A stretch of 64,000 nucleotides of DNA. Source: Chloroflexota bacterium (GTDB lineage: Bacteria > Chloroflexota > UBA11872 > VXNJ01). The stretch's first letter is position 1. Every line of letters begins with the position of its first letter. Below the pieces are notes generated by a model, which saw nothing but the letters and a program-made list of their open reading frames with translations, was not told the origin of the DNA and ran no database searches. Below are positions 1 to 13,046 of the stretch, in pieces. The stretch is taken from NCBI GenBank assembly GCA_965261345.1, contig OZ253449.1, positions 512,001 to 576,000 on the forward strand. Reading direction: 5' to 3'. Both the position numbers and the translations under genes were made by a program.

Positions 1-645
1 TAAAGAGCAGTGCTCGGCCTGTCCGCTCAAGAGATCCTGCATACGCTCTGCGACCAAACCCAACCGCCGCATCAGCGTCCATCCCCAGGAACGCCTGCTG
101 CAGCAGGCCCGCATCCGCCAGCGCAGTAAGGAAGGCTTAAAGATCGCGCGCCTTAGAACCCGCGTCGAGCACCGCCTGGCCAGGCTCTGCCAGCTGGGCG
201 TGCGCCAGTCGCGGTTCTTTGGCAGGCAACTTGCCGGGTTCCAGCTGCTGATGGCGGCCACGGTGGCCAACCTAACGCTTGCCGAAGGGGAGTCGTGGAA
301 AAGGAAACCCTCGGGAACCGACCCGGGCCGGGAAGCCGGGCTGACCGCGGCCGCCGCAAACGGCCGGGAGGCGGCGCAGATGGCGATGGAGGGCAATCGG
401 AACGGGGTCGCCGAAGGCCGGGAAGTAGCTTCTGCGCCGGTAATGGAAGGACCTGCGAATCGGGATTTGGCGCGGGGTCTTAAAAATGCGGTTGCCGCCG
501 GCGCGATCGTTGCATGGGCCCAGAATTCCCACGAAATATCGATCCAGAGTGTCCTAAATCGGTTTGGCGGCCTCAGGGAGGTCTTCGAGGTCATTGCTAA
601 TCTGTTTGAGCCCCGACGCGCGTTTTGGGCTTTTCGGCCTGGTTT
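1..645 (+). mobile_element. Right end of an IS1182-family element (IS-A)
   Basis: The transposase C-terminus runs to ...TTTTCGGCCTGGTTT|CTAG. The left end is outside the window, so the TIR cannot be verified. Confidence 0.65.
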
Positions 646-649
646 CTAG
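2..649 (+). CDS. IS1182-family transposase, C-terminal part (5' truncated by window edge)
   Basis: Frame +2 is open from the window start: KEQCSACPLKRSC...ERLLQQARIRQ...RTRVEHRLARLCQLGVRQSRFFGR...FQLLMAATVANLTL, matching the CxxCP.R..C and R..VE C-terminal DDE motifs of IS1182. The stop TAG lies inside CTAG 646-649. Confidence 0.85.
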   Translation, partial: KEQCSACPLKRSCIRSATKPNRRISVHPQERLLQQARIRQRSKEGLKIARLRTRVEHRLARLCQLGVRQSRFFGRQLAGFQLLMAATVANLTLAEGESWKRKPSGTDPGREAGLTAAAANGREAAQMAMEGNRNGVAEGREVASAPVMEGPANRDLARGLKNAVAAGAIVAWAQNSHEISIQSVLNRFGGLREVFEVIANLFEPRRAFWAFRPGF

Positions 650-664
650 GAGTCTGCGCCGCAG
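650..664 (+). repeat. Left terminal inverted repeat GAGTCTGCGCCGCAG
   Basis: Exact reverse complement of 2218-2232; preceded by CTAG. Confidence 0.92.
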
Positions 665-727
665 AAAAATCCTAAAGGGAGAATCGGGAACCGCGCACTC
701 CCCGTAAGTATTCGCCAGGCGGCCTCC

Positions 728-2041
728 ATGCCGACCACCTTCCGGCCCTACCACCCCGACCAGCCGCACCTGCTGCCGCCGAACCCGCGCGAGTGGCTTC
801 CCGATGGAGACCTGGCCTACCAGATCGCCGACCTGGTCGACGCCCTGGACCTGGCCGCCTTCTATGCCCCCTACGAGGGCGACGGCCGCCGCAACTCCCC
901 CTACGAACCGGCGATGATGGTCAAGATCCTGCTCTACGGCTACGCCACCGGCACCTTCTCCTCGCGCCGGATCGCCAGCGCCTTACAACGCGACCTGGCC
1001 TTCCGGCTGCTGGCCGCCGGCAGCCTACCCCGCCACCGCACCATCTGCGAGTTCCGAAAGCGCCACCTTGAGGACTTCAAGGACCTCTTCGTGCAGGTCG
1101 TTGCAATCGCCCGCGAGATGGGACTTACCAGACTGGGGACCCTGGCGGTGGACGCCAGCAAGGTGCGGGCTTCGGCCTCCCGGCGCAAGGCGATGAGCTA
1201 TGGGCGCATGCTGGAGCAGGAGCAAAAGCTGCGCGCCGAGATCACCGCCCTGCTGGAGCGGGCCGAGGCCGCCGACCTGGCCGAGGACGAACAGTACGGC
1301 CCCGACGGCTCGGGCGAGGACGTTCCCGAAGAGCTCAAACGCCGCCGATCGCGCCTGCAGGCGATAGAACGGGCCAAGCAGCGCCTGGAGCAAAAAGCCC
1401 GGGAGCGCGACGACGAGCGCGGCCGCTCCCCCAAAGACGACGGCCCGCCGCGCCGCGGCCCACGCTACAAGCGCCCCTACGGGGAACCCGACCCCAAGGC
1501 GCAGAGCAACTTCACCGATCCCGAGAGTGCATCATGCAGACCTCGTCGGAGGGCTTCCAGCAGGCCTACAACGCCCAGGCGGCGGTCGACGGGTCATCGC
1601 GCCTGATCGTGGCCGTCAACGTCGGCGCCAATCCGGCCGACTACGGCCGGCTGGAGGAGATGCTGGACCAGGTTCAGGAAAACCTGGGCGCCTCGCCTGG
1701 CAAGGTGCTGGCCGACAGCGGCTACGCCTCGGAGCGGACCCTTGCCGAACTGGAGCGCCGGGGCGTCGACGCCTACCTGGCGCTGGGCCGCGAAGGCGGC
1801 GGCCGATTCGCCGCCCGCACCCCGGCCCGGGCGCGCATGGCGGACAAGATCGCCGGTGCCGAAGGCAGGAAGACCTACGCGGACCGCAAGCACATCGCCG
1901 AACCTCCGTTCGGCTGGATAAAGCACGTCATGGGCTTCCGGCGCTTCAGCGTAAGGGGATTTAAGGAAAGTGCAGGGCGAGTGGGCCCTGGTGTGCCTGG
2001 CGCTCAACGCCAGGCGGATAAATGTCGTGGCCGGAGGGTAA
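728..2041 (+). pseudogene. IS1182-family transposase with two frameshifts
   Basis: N-part PYEPAMMVKILLYGYATGTFSSRRI...TDPES; one base missing at ~1529, then IMQTSSEGFQQAYNAQ...LADSGY...RKHIAEPPFGWIK..GFRRFSVRG; one extra base at ~1966, then KVQGEWALVCLALNARR, TAA 2039-2041. Could be sequencing error. Confidence 0.85.
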
Positions 2042-2217
2042 ATGCAGCGCGAACGCCCCGAATTGAGACCCCTTGGCGCCCGAACCGGTTCATCCGGGTC
2101 GATCGACGCATTGCAGATGCCCGTGACCGGCGGCAGTCTGCGTCGCCGGAGCATGCCGCAACCGTTGCGTGCCGCAAAAACGCCGAAACAGGTGCGATCG
2201 GGGCTCGGTCGCAAATC

Positions 2218-2232
2218 CTGCGGCGCAGACTC
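2218..2232 (-). repeat. Right terminal inverted repeat CTGCGGCGCAGACTC
   Basis: Exact reverse complement of 650-664; followed by CTAG. Confidence 0.92.
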
Positions 2233-3534
2233 CTAGCTGATAAAGATATAGCGGGCGATGAACAAGATCGCCATAACATGCACCAGCCAGGAAACTTCCA
2301 GGCCCTTGCCACGCAGGATCTTGAGGATCGAATAGGAAACAATTCCCATTGCCAGGCCGTCGGCGATCGAAAACGTGAGCGGCATCCCCGCCATCGTCAC
2401 AACCGCCGGGACGGCGGTGTCGATATCGTCCCAGGCGATCTCACGCACCAATCCAACCGTGGTCGCGGCAATGATCACCAAGGCGGCGGCCACCGCCGAT
2501 TCGGGCACGATCGCGACCAATGCCGCAAGCGGCAGGGACAGCAGGAACAGGATCCCCACGACCACCGCGGTCAACCCGGTTCGACCGCCGGCCGAGATCC
2601 CGGCCGCGCTCTCGATGTAGGTTGTAACCGTCGAGGTGCCAGCCAGGGCGCCGACGATCGTGGAACCACCGTCGACCGCCAGGATCCGGCCGAGCCGGGG
2701 AACGTTGCCGGTTGAATCCTCCAGCTTGGCCCGCTTGATCAGTCCGATAACGGTGCCGAGGGAGTCGAAAAAGTCAACGAACAACATTGCAAAGATGATG
2801 TCGAGGAACCCGACATCTAGCGCGCCCACGATGTCGAGCGCGAATATGCCGTCCGACCAACTGCCCTCGGTGGCCGGGCTGGCGCTGAGTCCGAGCGGGA
2901 TCGATACGAGGGTGGCAACTACGATTCCAACCAGGATTCCGGCCCGCAGCCCACGCGCCAGCAGGGCGGCGATAACCAGGACCGTGGCGATGGTCAACAG
3001 CGCGGTCGGCGAACCCCAGTCGCCGCGGGTAATGATCGTCGCGTCCAGGGCCTGCACAAGCCCGCCGTTTCGCAGCCCGATCATGAGCAGGAACAGGCCG
3101 ATGCCGGCGCCGATAGCCGGGAGCAGCTCGCGCGGCATCATCCGGACGAGGGCTTGACGCACGCCGGCAATCGTTAGCGCCACGAAAACGCATCCGGAAA
3201 TGAATACAACGCCGAGCGCTTCCTGCCAGGTCAGTCCCATCCCGCCGACAACGGTGAACGCGAAGAACGCGTTCAGGCCCATTCCCGGAGCCAGGGCCAG
3301 CGGCATGCGGGCGATCAAACCCATCGCCAGGGTTCCGAGTCCGGCCACCAGGCAGGTCGCGAAGGCGGCGGCCACCGGCGGAATGCCGGCATTGGAAAGG
3401 ATTGCCGGGTTGACCGCGATGATGTAACTCATCGCCAAGAAAGTGGTAATCCCGGCGACGACTTCGACCCGTACGGAGGAGCCGACCTTTCCCAATTCGA
3501 AGTACCGGTCGACCCGGGATACGATGCCATTCAT
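2233..3534 (-). CDS. NCS2/AzgA-family purine (adenine/guanine/hypoxanthine) permease
   Basis: EVVAGITTFLAMSYIIAVNPAIL, APGMGLNAFF, YIESAAGISAGGRTGL, PLTFSIADG; multi-TM. Confidence 0.93.
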   Translation of the reverse strand: MNGIVSRVDRYFELGKVGSSVRVEVVAGITTFLAMSYIIAVNPAILSNAGIPPVAAAFATCLVAGLGTLAMGLIARMPLALAPGMGLNAFFAFTVVGGMGLTWQEALGVVFISGCVFVALTIAGVRQALVRMMPRELLPAIGAGIGLFLLMIGLRNGGLVQALDATIITRGDWGSPTALLTIATVLVIAALLARGLRAGILVGIVVATLVSIPLGLSASPATEGSWSDGIFALDIVGALDVGFLDIIFAMLFVDFFDSLGTVIGLIKRAKLEDSTGNVPRLGRILAVDGGSTIVGALAGTSTVTTYIESAAGISAGGRTGLTAVVVGILFLLSLPLAALVAIVPESAVAAALVIIAATTVGLVREIAWDDIDTAVPAVVTMAGMPLTFSIADGLAMGIVSYSILKILRGKGLEVSWLVHVMAILFIARYIFIS

Positions 3535-3597
3535 GGACTACCCCTCAAACCCCGTTCGGGCCGACCGGAGTCGGCTCCGCAAGCTCAATTCCACGCC

Positions 3598-3603
3598 ATT
3601 CTA
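3598..3603 (-). promoter_or_regulatory. Candidate sigma-70 -10 element TAGAAT for the NCS2 permease
   Basis: TAGAAT in an A-rich patch ~65 nt upstream of the ATG. The same hexamer occurs upstream of argD and metE. Confidence 0.35.
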
Positions 3604-3659
3604 TTTTTCGCCGGGCCCACGTTTGCCAAAGTCCTACCGGGCCGCCGGCAGGTAGCCGA

Positions 3660-4847
3660 TCAACCGGCTGGAGCCACAGTCCGATCCCAGGGAGAGCGCT
3701 CCAATAACCGGCCCGGAATTGCCAGCGAACTAAAGAAACCAAGGATCGGCATCATCGCGATGACCGCCAGGGCCAACTGCACTCCGATCGAATCGGCGAT
3801 TGCGCCGGTGAGCGCTTGGCCTACGGCCTGGACTGAAAAAATGAACCCAAGCGCCAAGCCCGAGGCGGTGGCCATTCGGGCCGACATCGCCTGCTGGATC
3901 ATTACCACCGACGGGGTTTGGGGGGTCTGAATCAAGAACCCGGCACCGAACGCAGCAACAAACGACAGCGGCGCCCCGATCGTTACCACCATGAGCAAAA
4001 ACACCGGCGTCCCGAAAAGCAGCGGCAGCGCGATTACCGATTTGGAGCCAAACCGGTCCGAAAGCCAACCGCCGCCGAAAACACCGATCGCCGCGCCCGC
4101 TGAAAAAACCGAAAGGGCCAAGCCGGCCACTTGCAACGAGGCTCCCTGATCGATGAATGCGAACGGAATAAATACCGGCGCAGCTCCAAACGCCAGCCCG
4201 CGGAACACCGACATCGCCGCCAACGGGGCCAGCAGTCGATTGAGCATCCTGCCGGGCCGGTGTTCGGACGGCCGCTCCGCTGTCGTTGGCGCAGCGATTC
4301 GCGGGCGGGTCAATAGGAAATACAACGTGGAGGTGAAAACCGAAAAGACGATCAAATAAAGCGGAAAAGTAAGTCCCAATTCCATGGTCTCAACGAAAAA
4401 CCCGGTCACTACCGGAGAAACCGCAAAACCGGTGTTACCGGCCAGGAAGAACATCCCGACCGCCGATCCCTTACCCGTCGCTGACGACTGGTTGGCGGCG
4501 CCCAGGCCCAGCGAATGGAAGGCACCCGAGGCCACCGCGGACAGGACCAGCAACGCGAGCAAGATCGAGTAGGTTCCGGCCTGGGTGGCCAGTCCGATAA
4601 AGAGACCCTGAAAAAATATTGCCGCGGTAAGCAGTCGGCGGGTCCCCAATCGGTCGCCGAGTATCCCGAACAATGGCTGGGCCATCCCGTTCACGGCAAT
4701 GTGCAATCCGGCCGCGACCCCCACCTGGGTGAAGGTCAATTCCAATTTGGCGGCCAATAGTGGGAACACGATATTGATCGCAAAGGTAGTAAAGTCGATA
4801 CCGAAATGGGCCGGCAGGACCGCCATCAGATCGCGGTTGATCCGCAT
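3660..4847 (-). CDS. MFS transporter (Fsr-like)
   Basis: Motif A QPLFGILGDRLGTRR and GGWLSDRFGSK, AFH, 12-TM pattern. Confidence 0.88.
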   Translation of the reverse strand: MRINRDLMAVLPAHFGIDFTTFAINIVFPLLAAKLELTFTQVGVAAGLHIAVNGMAQPLFGILGDRLGTRRLLTAAIFFQGLFIGLATQAGTYSILLALLVLSAVASGAFHSLGLGAANQSSATGKGSAVGMFFLAGNTGFAVSPVVTGFFVETMELGLTFPLYLIVFSVFTSTLYFLLTRPRIAAPTTAERPSEHRPGRMLNRLLAPLAAMSVFRGLAFGAAPVFIPFAFIDQGASLQVAGLALSVFSAGAAIGVFGGGWLSDRFGSKSVIALPLLFGTPVFLLMVVTIGAPLSFVAAFGAGFLIQTPQTPSVVMIQQAMSARMATASGLALGFIFSVQAVGQALTGAIADSIGVQLALAVIAMMPILGFFSSLAIPGRLLERSPWDRTVAPAG

Positions 4848-5056
4848 TTGGCCGCCTTTGGGAGCGAATGAGCGTTGCCCGTCGGAGCCGGGCCCCAGGG
4901 TCGGCCGTTAACCATTCGACCGTACCGCCATTATCAGGATGTACGAAGGCACGCGTCGATGCTCATAAAATTTTTTTATCGAGCGCCGGCATAAACGCAC
5001 GACCCTGCCGCACCTGCCGCCGGAAATTCTCAGGCCCTTTTTTGGAGTACCCACCC

Positions 5057-7708
<2,652 letters not shown>

Positions 7709-7726
7709 TGGCTAAGCATTGCCAAA

Positions 7727-8422
7727 TTAGCCGCCCAGCGCCTTTTGCAGCGACAGGATCGCCCCGGTTTGGCCAACCCCGGATATTGAATTGGGTTCAA
7801 ACCGGCGGATCGTTCGGTAGCCATGCGCCCGATAGAGATTCGCCGCCGCGGGATTGGCGGCAAGGACGTTTACGGTGATCGAACCGCCGCCGCCGCCGCC
7901 TTGGGCGATCCGCTCGGCCAACCCCAACAGCTGTGAGGCCAGGCCGCGGCGGCGAAACCCCGGGTCGACCGCCAGGGCCGCGATGTAGTAGTCGTCGGGA
8001 GTGGCCGCCGCCCCCATCGGCTCCTCGGCGCGCTTGCGCAGGACCCGCGGGATAAGCGGGCGCGGCCCCAGCGCGGTCGGCAACCGACCGCGCCGCAGCA
8101 GCGCGATCGCATTGCCCGATCCGACCGCGCGGAGCATCGGGACGATCGTCTTGAGATTGCGCCGCCGCAATTCGCTGAGACGGCAAAAAGCGATCAGTGC
8201 CGCCAAGTCGCCGTCGCGCTCTGCCACCAGGGCGGTCTCATGTGAAAAAACGCCGTCGCGCCCGGCAAATAAGGTAGCTAGCGCATCCAATGCACGGGCA
8301 GCGCTGCCCATCCCAAATACCGGTACCGCTAACGTTCCCGCCGACTCAAACAACAATGCCGGCGCCCCGTCGTCACCGCCGGTCGCCCAACGGTAGGCGA
8401 ATCCGTCAACGTCCTGGAGCAT
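7727..8422 (-). CDS. GNAT-family N-acetyltransferase
   Basis: YIAALAVDPGFRRRGLASQLL (motif A); N..AANLYRAHGY. Confidence 0.85.
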   Translation of the reverse strand: MLQDVDGFAYRWATGGDDGAPALLFESAGTLAVPVFGMGSAARALDALATLFAGRDGVFSHETALVAERDGDLAALIAFCRLSELRRRNLKTIVPMLRAVGSGNAIALLRRGRLPTALGPRPLIPRVLRKRAEEPMGAAATPDDYYIAALAVDPGFRRRGLASQLLGLAERIAQGGGGGGSITVNVLAANPAAANLYRAHGYRTIRRFEPNSISGVGQTGAILSLQKALGG

Positions 8423-8470
8423 TCCCAGGGGTTCCCCGGGCCAACGCTGCTGGCCGCCGGCAACGATGTG

Positions 8471-9331
8471 CTATGCGCACACCAGCTCCGGGGTGTTCTG
8501 CTCCATCCAGGTCCGCAGAGGTACATCGTCCGGGCTGGGTGAGGTTCGACCGTGATTGGAGGTTGAATGCCCAAGCATCTGACGCATGATCGGGTCGGCT
8601 TCCTCGTACCACTGAGCCGAATACTCCATTTCGTCGCGGGCGTGCAGCCATCTGTAGCCGTAGCCGTAAAAGAGGACCTTGCGAGTGATATCGGAGTAGT
8701 TGGGAGTGGCCGAGTGCCACAGCCGGCGGTCAAAGATCACTGCATCGCCGGGTTCGGCAAGCACCGGGACCGCCCCGTCGGGTTGCCCCATACCGCTCGT
8801 TGGCAGCTGGATCGAATTCCGGAGATGGGAACCTGGGACCACCCAGAAATTTCCGCGCCCCGGCTTTGAAACGTCGGTCAGGAAATAGGCGACCTTGACC
8901 GAAATTCGCGGCCGTGGATTGGTCTCCAGATCGCGGTTTAGCTGGCCGGAGTCCTGGTGCCAGCCCCAAGTCGGGCCGGCCGGGTCATAGGCGCCTTCCT
9001 CGCGTCCCGAAACCGCCAAGTGTGAATGGTAAAGATATATGTTCCAGCCGAGAATGCCAAACATTTTGGGCAGGATTTTCTCAAAACACACCAGGTCGAA
9101 AAACACCCGATCACGTCCGATGCAGCCCAGCATGTTGAAGCGCTGCACGAGCCCGTGGTCAACGCGCACGTCGCCCTTAAAACCTGCCTGCCAAAGCCGG
9201 TCAACGGCCGCCGCGCAAGCTGCGTTGGCTTCGGGGTCCAGTGCCTCTTTTATGCGAAGATAGCCGTCGCGCTCAAAAATCTCGCGCTCGCTGTCGGCGA
9301 GCAAATGCGCGCAAAAATCACGCCCCTGCAT
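8471..9331 (-). CDS. Phytanoyl-CoA dioxygenase (PhyH) family 2OG-Fe(II) dioxygenase
   Basis: FERDGYL, WHQD, VVPGSH, GDAVIFDRRLWH..R. Confidence 0.9.
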   Translation of the reverse strand: MQGRDFCAHLLADSEREIFERDGYLRIKEALDPEANAACAAAVDRLWQAGFKGDVRVDHGLVQRFNMLGCIGRDRVFFDLVCFEKILPKMFGILGWNIYLYHSHLAVSGREEGAYDPAGPTWGWHQDSGQLNRDLETNPRPRISVKVAYFLTDVSKPGRGNFWVVPGSHLRNSIQLPTSGMGQPDGAVPVLAEPGDAVIFDRRLWHSATPNYSDITRKVLFYGYGYRWLHARDEMEYSAQWYEEADPIMRQMLGHSTSNHGRTSPSPDDVPLRTWMEQNTPELVCA

Positions 9332-9481
9332 GACCCCTCCTCATCGGGTTTGCCGATATTTTTCCAAAGTATGCAAGCAACCTGGCCGCGGACGCCATTT
9401 GTTATCCAAAATTAGGGTGGATGGCACCGAGATCTAGGACGATGCCGCCAGCTAGCCAGGAAGAGTGGGACACGGGGAGCT

Positions 9482-11311
9482 ATGGCCGGCGAAATCGAAG
9501 AGGTAAAAACGCGAATTTCGGCCGAGGCGATCATCGGCCGACACGTGCAATTGCAACGCTCGGGCCAGCATCTGCGCGGGCGCTGTCCATTCCACGAAGA
9601 GCGCACCCCCTCGTTTTTTGTCTTCCTCGACTCGGGCAATTACAAGTGCTTTGGTTGCGGCGAGTCCGGCGACGTTTTCACTTTCCTAATGAAGATCGAA
9701 AACCTCACCTTCCGGGAATCGCTGGAACGCTTGGCCGACGAAACCGGCGTAAGCCTTCGGCGGGGGAATCGCGACCCCAAGCTTCAGGCTCACCTGCGTG
9801 CGCTGGTGGGTGCCAACGAGGCCGCCTGCCAGTATTTCGAGCGTCAACTAGCGTCGCATCGGGAGGGCGAGGCGGCGCGCGAATACCTGCGCAAGCGCGG
9901 GATAACGGCGGAGAGCCAAAGGCGATTTCGGATCGGGCTCGCTCCCAGCGGCTGGGATGGACTTATCGGCGCCCTGCGCGCGCAGGGCATATCGGGCGAT
10001 CTAATACTGGCCGCTGGACTGGCGCGGGCCGGCGAACGCGATTCGATCTACGATGCCTTCCGATCCCGCCTGATGTTTCCCATCCGATCGGCCAAATCAT
10101 CGGTTCTCGGATTTGGGGGACGAACCCTCGGTGACGATCCGGCCAAGTACATAAACACCGCCGGCACCGATATCTTCGACAAGAGTCGCCTGCTATACGG
10201 GCTTGATCTAGCCCGCGCCAGCGTGCGGAAATCCCGTTCGGTGGTAATCGTCGAGGGCTATACCGACGTGATTGCGGCGCACCAGGCCGGAATTGGCAAC
10301 GTGGTCGCCTCCATGGGCACCTCGCTGACCGAGCGCCAATTTAGGGCGATTGCGAGCGGGGTCGACGAGGTGGTCCTGTGCATGGATGGGGACCTGGCCG
10401 GACGTGCCGCCGGGCGCCGCAATCTGCAACGGATCGACCAGGAACTTGGCTCCTTGACGTGGCACGAGGGCCAGCTTGATGCCGAGATCAAGGTCGTGGA
10501 GCTGCCGGCCGGGAAGGACCCCGACCAGATCATCTCCCACCAACCGGAGCAATGGCCGGAAATCATCGCCAGGGCCACGCCCTTGGCCGACTACCTCTTT
10601 GCCGCGATCGTTGCCGAATCCGATATTTCCTCGCGTCGCGGACGCGCCCAGGCGCTTAGCGAAGCGCTCAAGTATGTCGCCCGCCTAGGCGGCGGCGATC
10701 CGGTCGTTCGCGCTGACTACGTGGCCGCACTGGCCAAAAAGCTGGGTATTTCCGAATCGGCAATCGAGCGTGAGCTAGCTGGCCGCGACCGGCGGGCGGG
10801 GTCCGGGAAACCAGAAATCGGTGCACCGGCGGCCGCCGGGAACCGTTCGGCAATTTCGGTCGACGATCAATTGTGCGCGCTGGCCATGGCCAATCCGGCC
10901 CTGTTGCGGCAGGCGATCGGACGTGAAGCTCTGCCGATAGCCGCACTCGGATCGGCCGAAGCGCGGACCGTTTTTGAACTATTGGACCGGGTTCAGTCCT
11001 CCGAACCGGCCTCCTCCTACTTGGTCGACCGGTTGGGTGAGGACCTTGGCGATTATCTCGAGCACCTCCAGGCCATTACCCGCCGGCATCCGGCGCCGGC
11101 CAGCGAACAGTTGCTGCTGGCCGATCTCGGACGGTTGGTGCTGCAGGTGCGTAAACGCCACCTGTCGGCCGAAATGGATAGCGCCGTCTCGTTGCTAGCC
11201 GACGGGGCCGACGCCGCAACACGCGAAAAGGCATTGGGCGAACTGGAAGAATTGCGGCGCGAACGCTTAGCGATCGAACGGCAGCTGAGGACCCTGGCAA
11301 TTTCCACCTAA
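9482..11311 (+). CDS. dnaG: DNA primase
   Basis: CPFH..RTPSF...CFGC zinc finger; FGGR..PAKYIN; TOPRIM VEGYTDV, DGDLAG, GKDPD. Confidence 0.97.
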   Translation: MAGEIEEVKTRISAEAIIGRHVQLQRSGQHLRGRCPFHEERTPSFFVFLDSGNYKCFGCGESGDVFTFLMKIENLTFRESLERLADETGVSLRRGNRDPKLQAHLRALVGANEAACQYFERQLASHREGEAAREYLRKRGITAESQRRFRIGLAPSGWDGLIGALRAQGISGDLILAAGLARAGERDSIYDAFRSRLMFPIRSAKSSVLGFGGRTLGDDPAKYINTAGTDIFDKSRLLYGLDLARASVRKSRSVVIVEGYTDVIAAHQAGIGNVVASMGTSLTERQFRAIASGVDEVVLCMDGDLAGRAAGRRNLQRIDQELGSLTWHEGQLDAEIKVVELPAGKDPDQIISHQPEQWPEIIARATPLADYLFAAIVAESDISSRRGRAQALSEALKYVARLGGGDPVVRADYVAALAKKLGISESAIERELAGRDRRAGSGKPEIGAPAAAGNRSAISVDDQLCALAMANPALLRQAIGREALPIAALGSAEARTVFELLDRVQSSEPASSYLVDRLGEDLGDYLEHLQAITRRHPAPASEQLLLADLGRLVLQVRKRHLSAEMDSAVSLLADGADAATREKALGELEELRRERLAIERQLRTLAIST

Positions 11312-11505
11312 AATTTGTCGGATCGCTCCAACGTAGCAGCGTTCCGTTTCTCTTTGGTAGAGCCGGATTTAACTCCAGAAAATCGGGCACCCGGCGCTGG
11401 GCTGGCCGATAATTCAACCTCAGTCCGCACCCCTAAACGGGTCGGCGGGGCTGGAGCAACGGCGTGGTGGTACGTCGGAAATATGAGCGGGGAGCGGTAT
11501 TTACG

Positions 11506-12924
<1,419 letters not shown>

Positions 12925-13046
12925 TTTAAGTCGCTCTTCCCGCCAGCTATAAAATTCTTCCCCTGCGATGGTGCGGGTCATAGGCCATTGACGGCCAGCG
13001 TTGCCTCAACGCGATCCAACTCTCCAACCGCCCAATCGACGCAGCA

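Larger units (their letters stand above)
650..2232 (+). mobile_element. Complete IS1182-family insertion sequence (IS-B, 1583 bp)
   Basis: Perfect 15-bp terminal inverted repeats, flanking CTAG duplication (646-649 and 2233-2236) and an internal transposase. Confidence 0.92.

Noticed and set aside
1967-2715. C-terminal extension of ORF 1534..2715
   Set aside because: Artefact of the second transposase frameshift; it reads through the TIR and antisense into the permease.
3535-3659. Purine riboswitch upstream of the NCS2 permease
   Set aside because: No purine aptamer core; only a -10-like hexamer and small GC hairpins.
4868-5056. N-terminal extension of the ppdK ORF (similarly hisA 25389, tkt-like 22204, transglutaminase 50157, cyclophilin-like 32378)
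   Set aside because: Homology starts downstream; the extensions cross intergenic DNA or neighbouring genes.
9360-9410. DnaA boxes upstream of dnaG (TTTTCCAAA, TTATCCAAA)
   Set aside because: Each mismatches the CACA end of the consensus; two weak hits in an AT-rich promoter are expected by chance.
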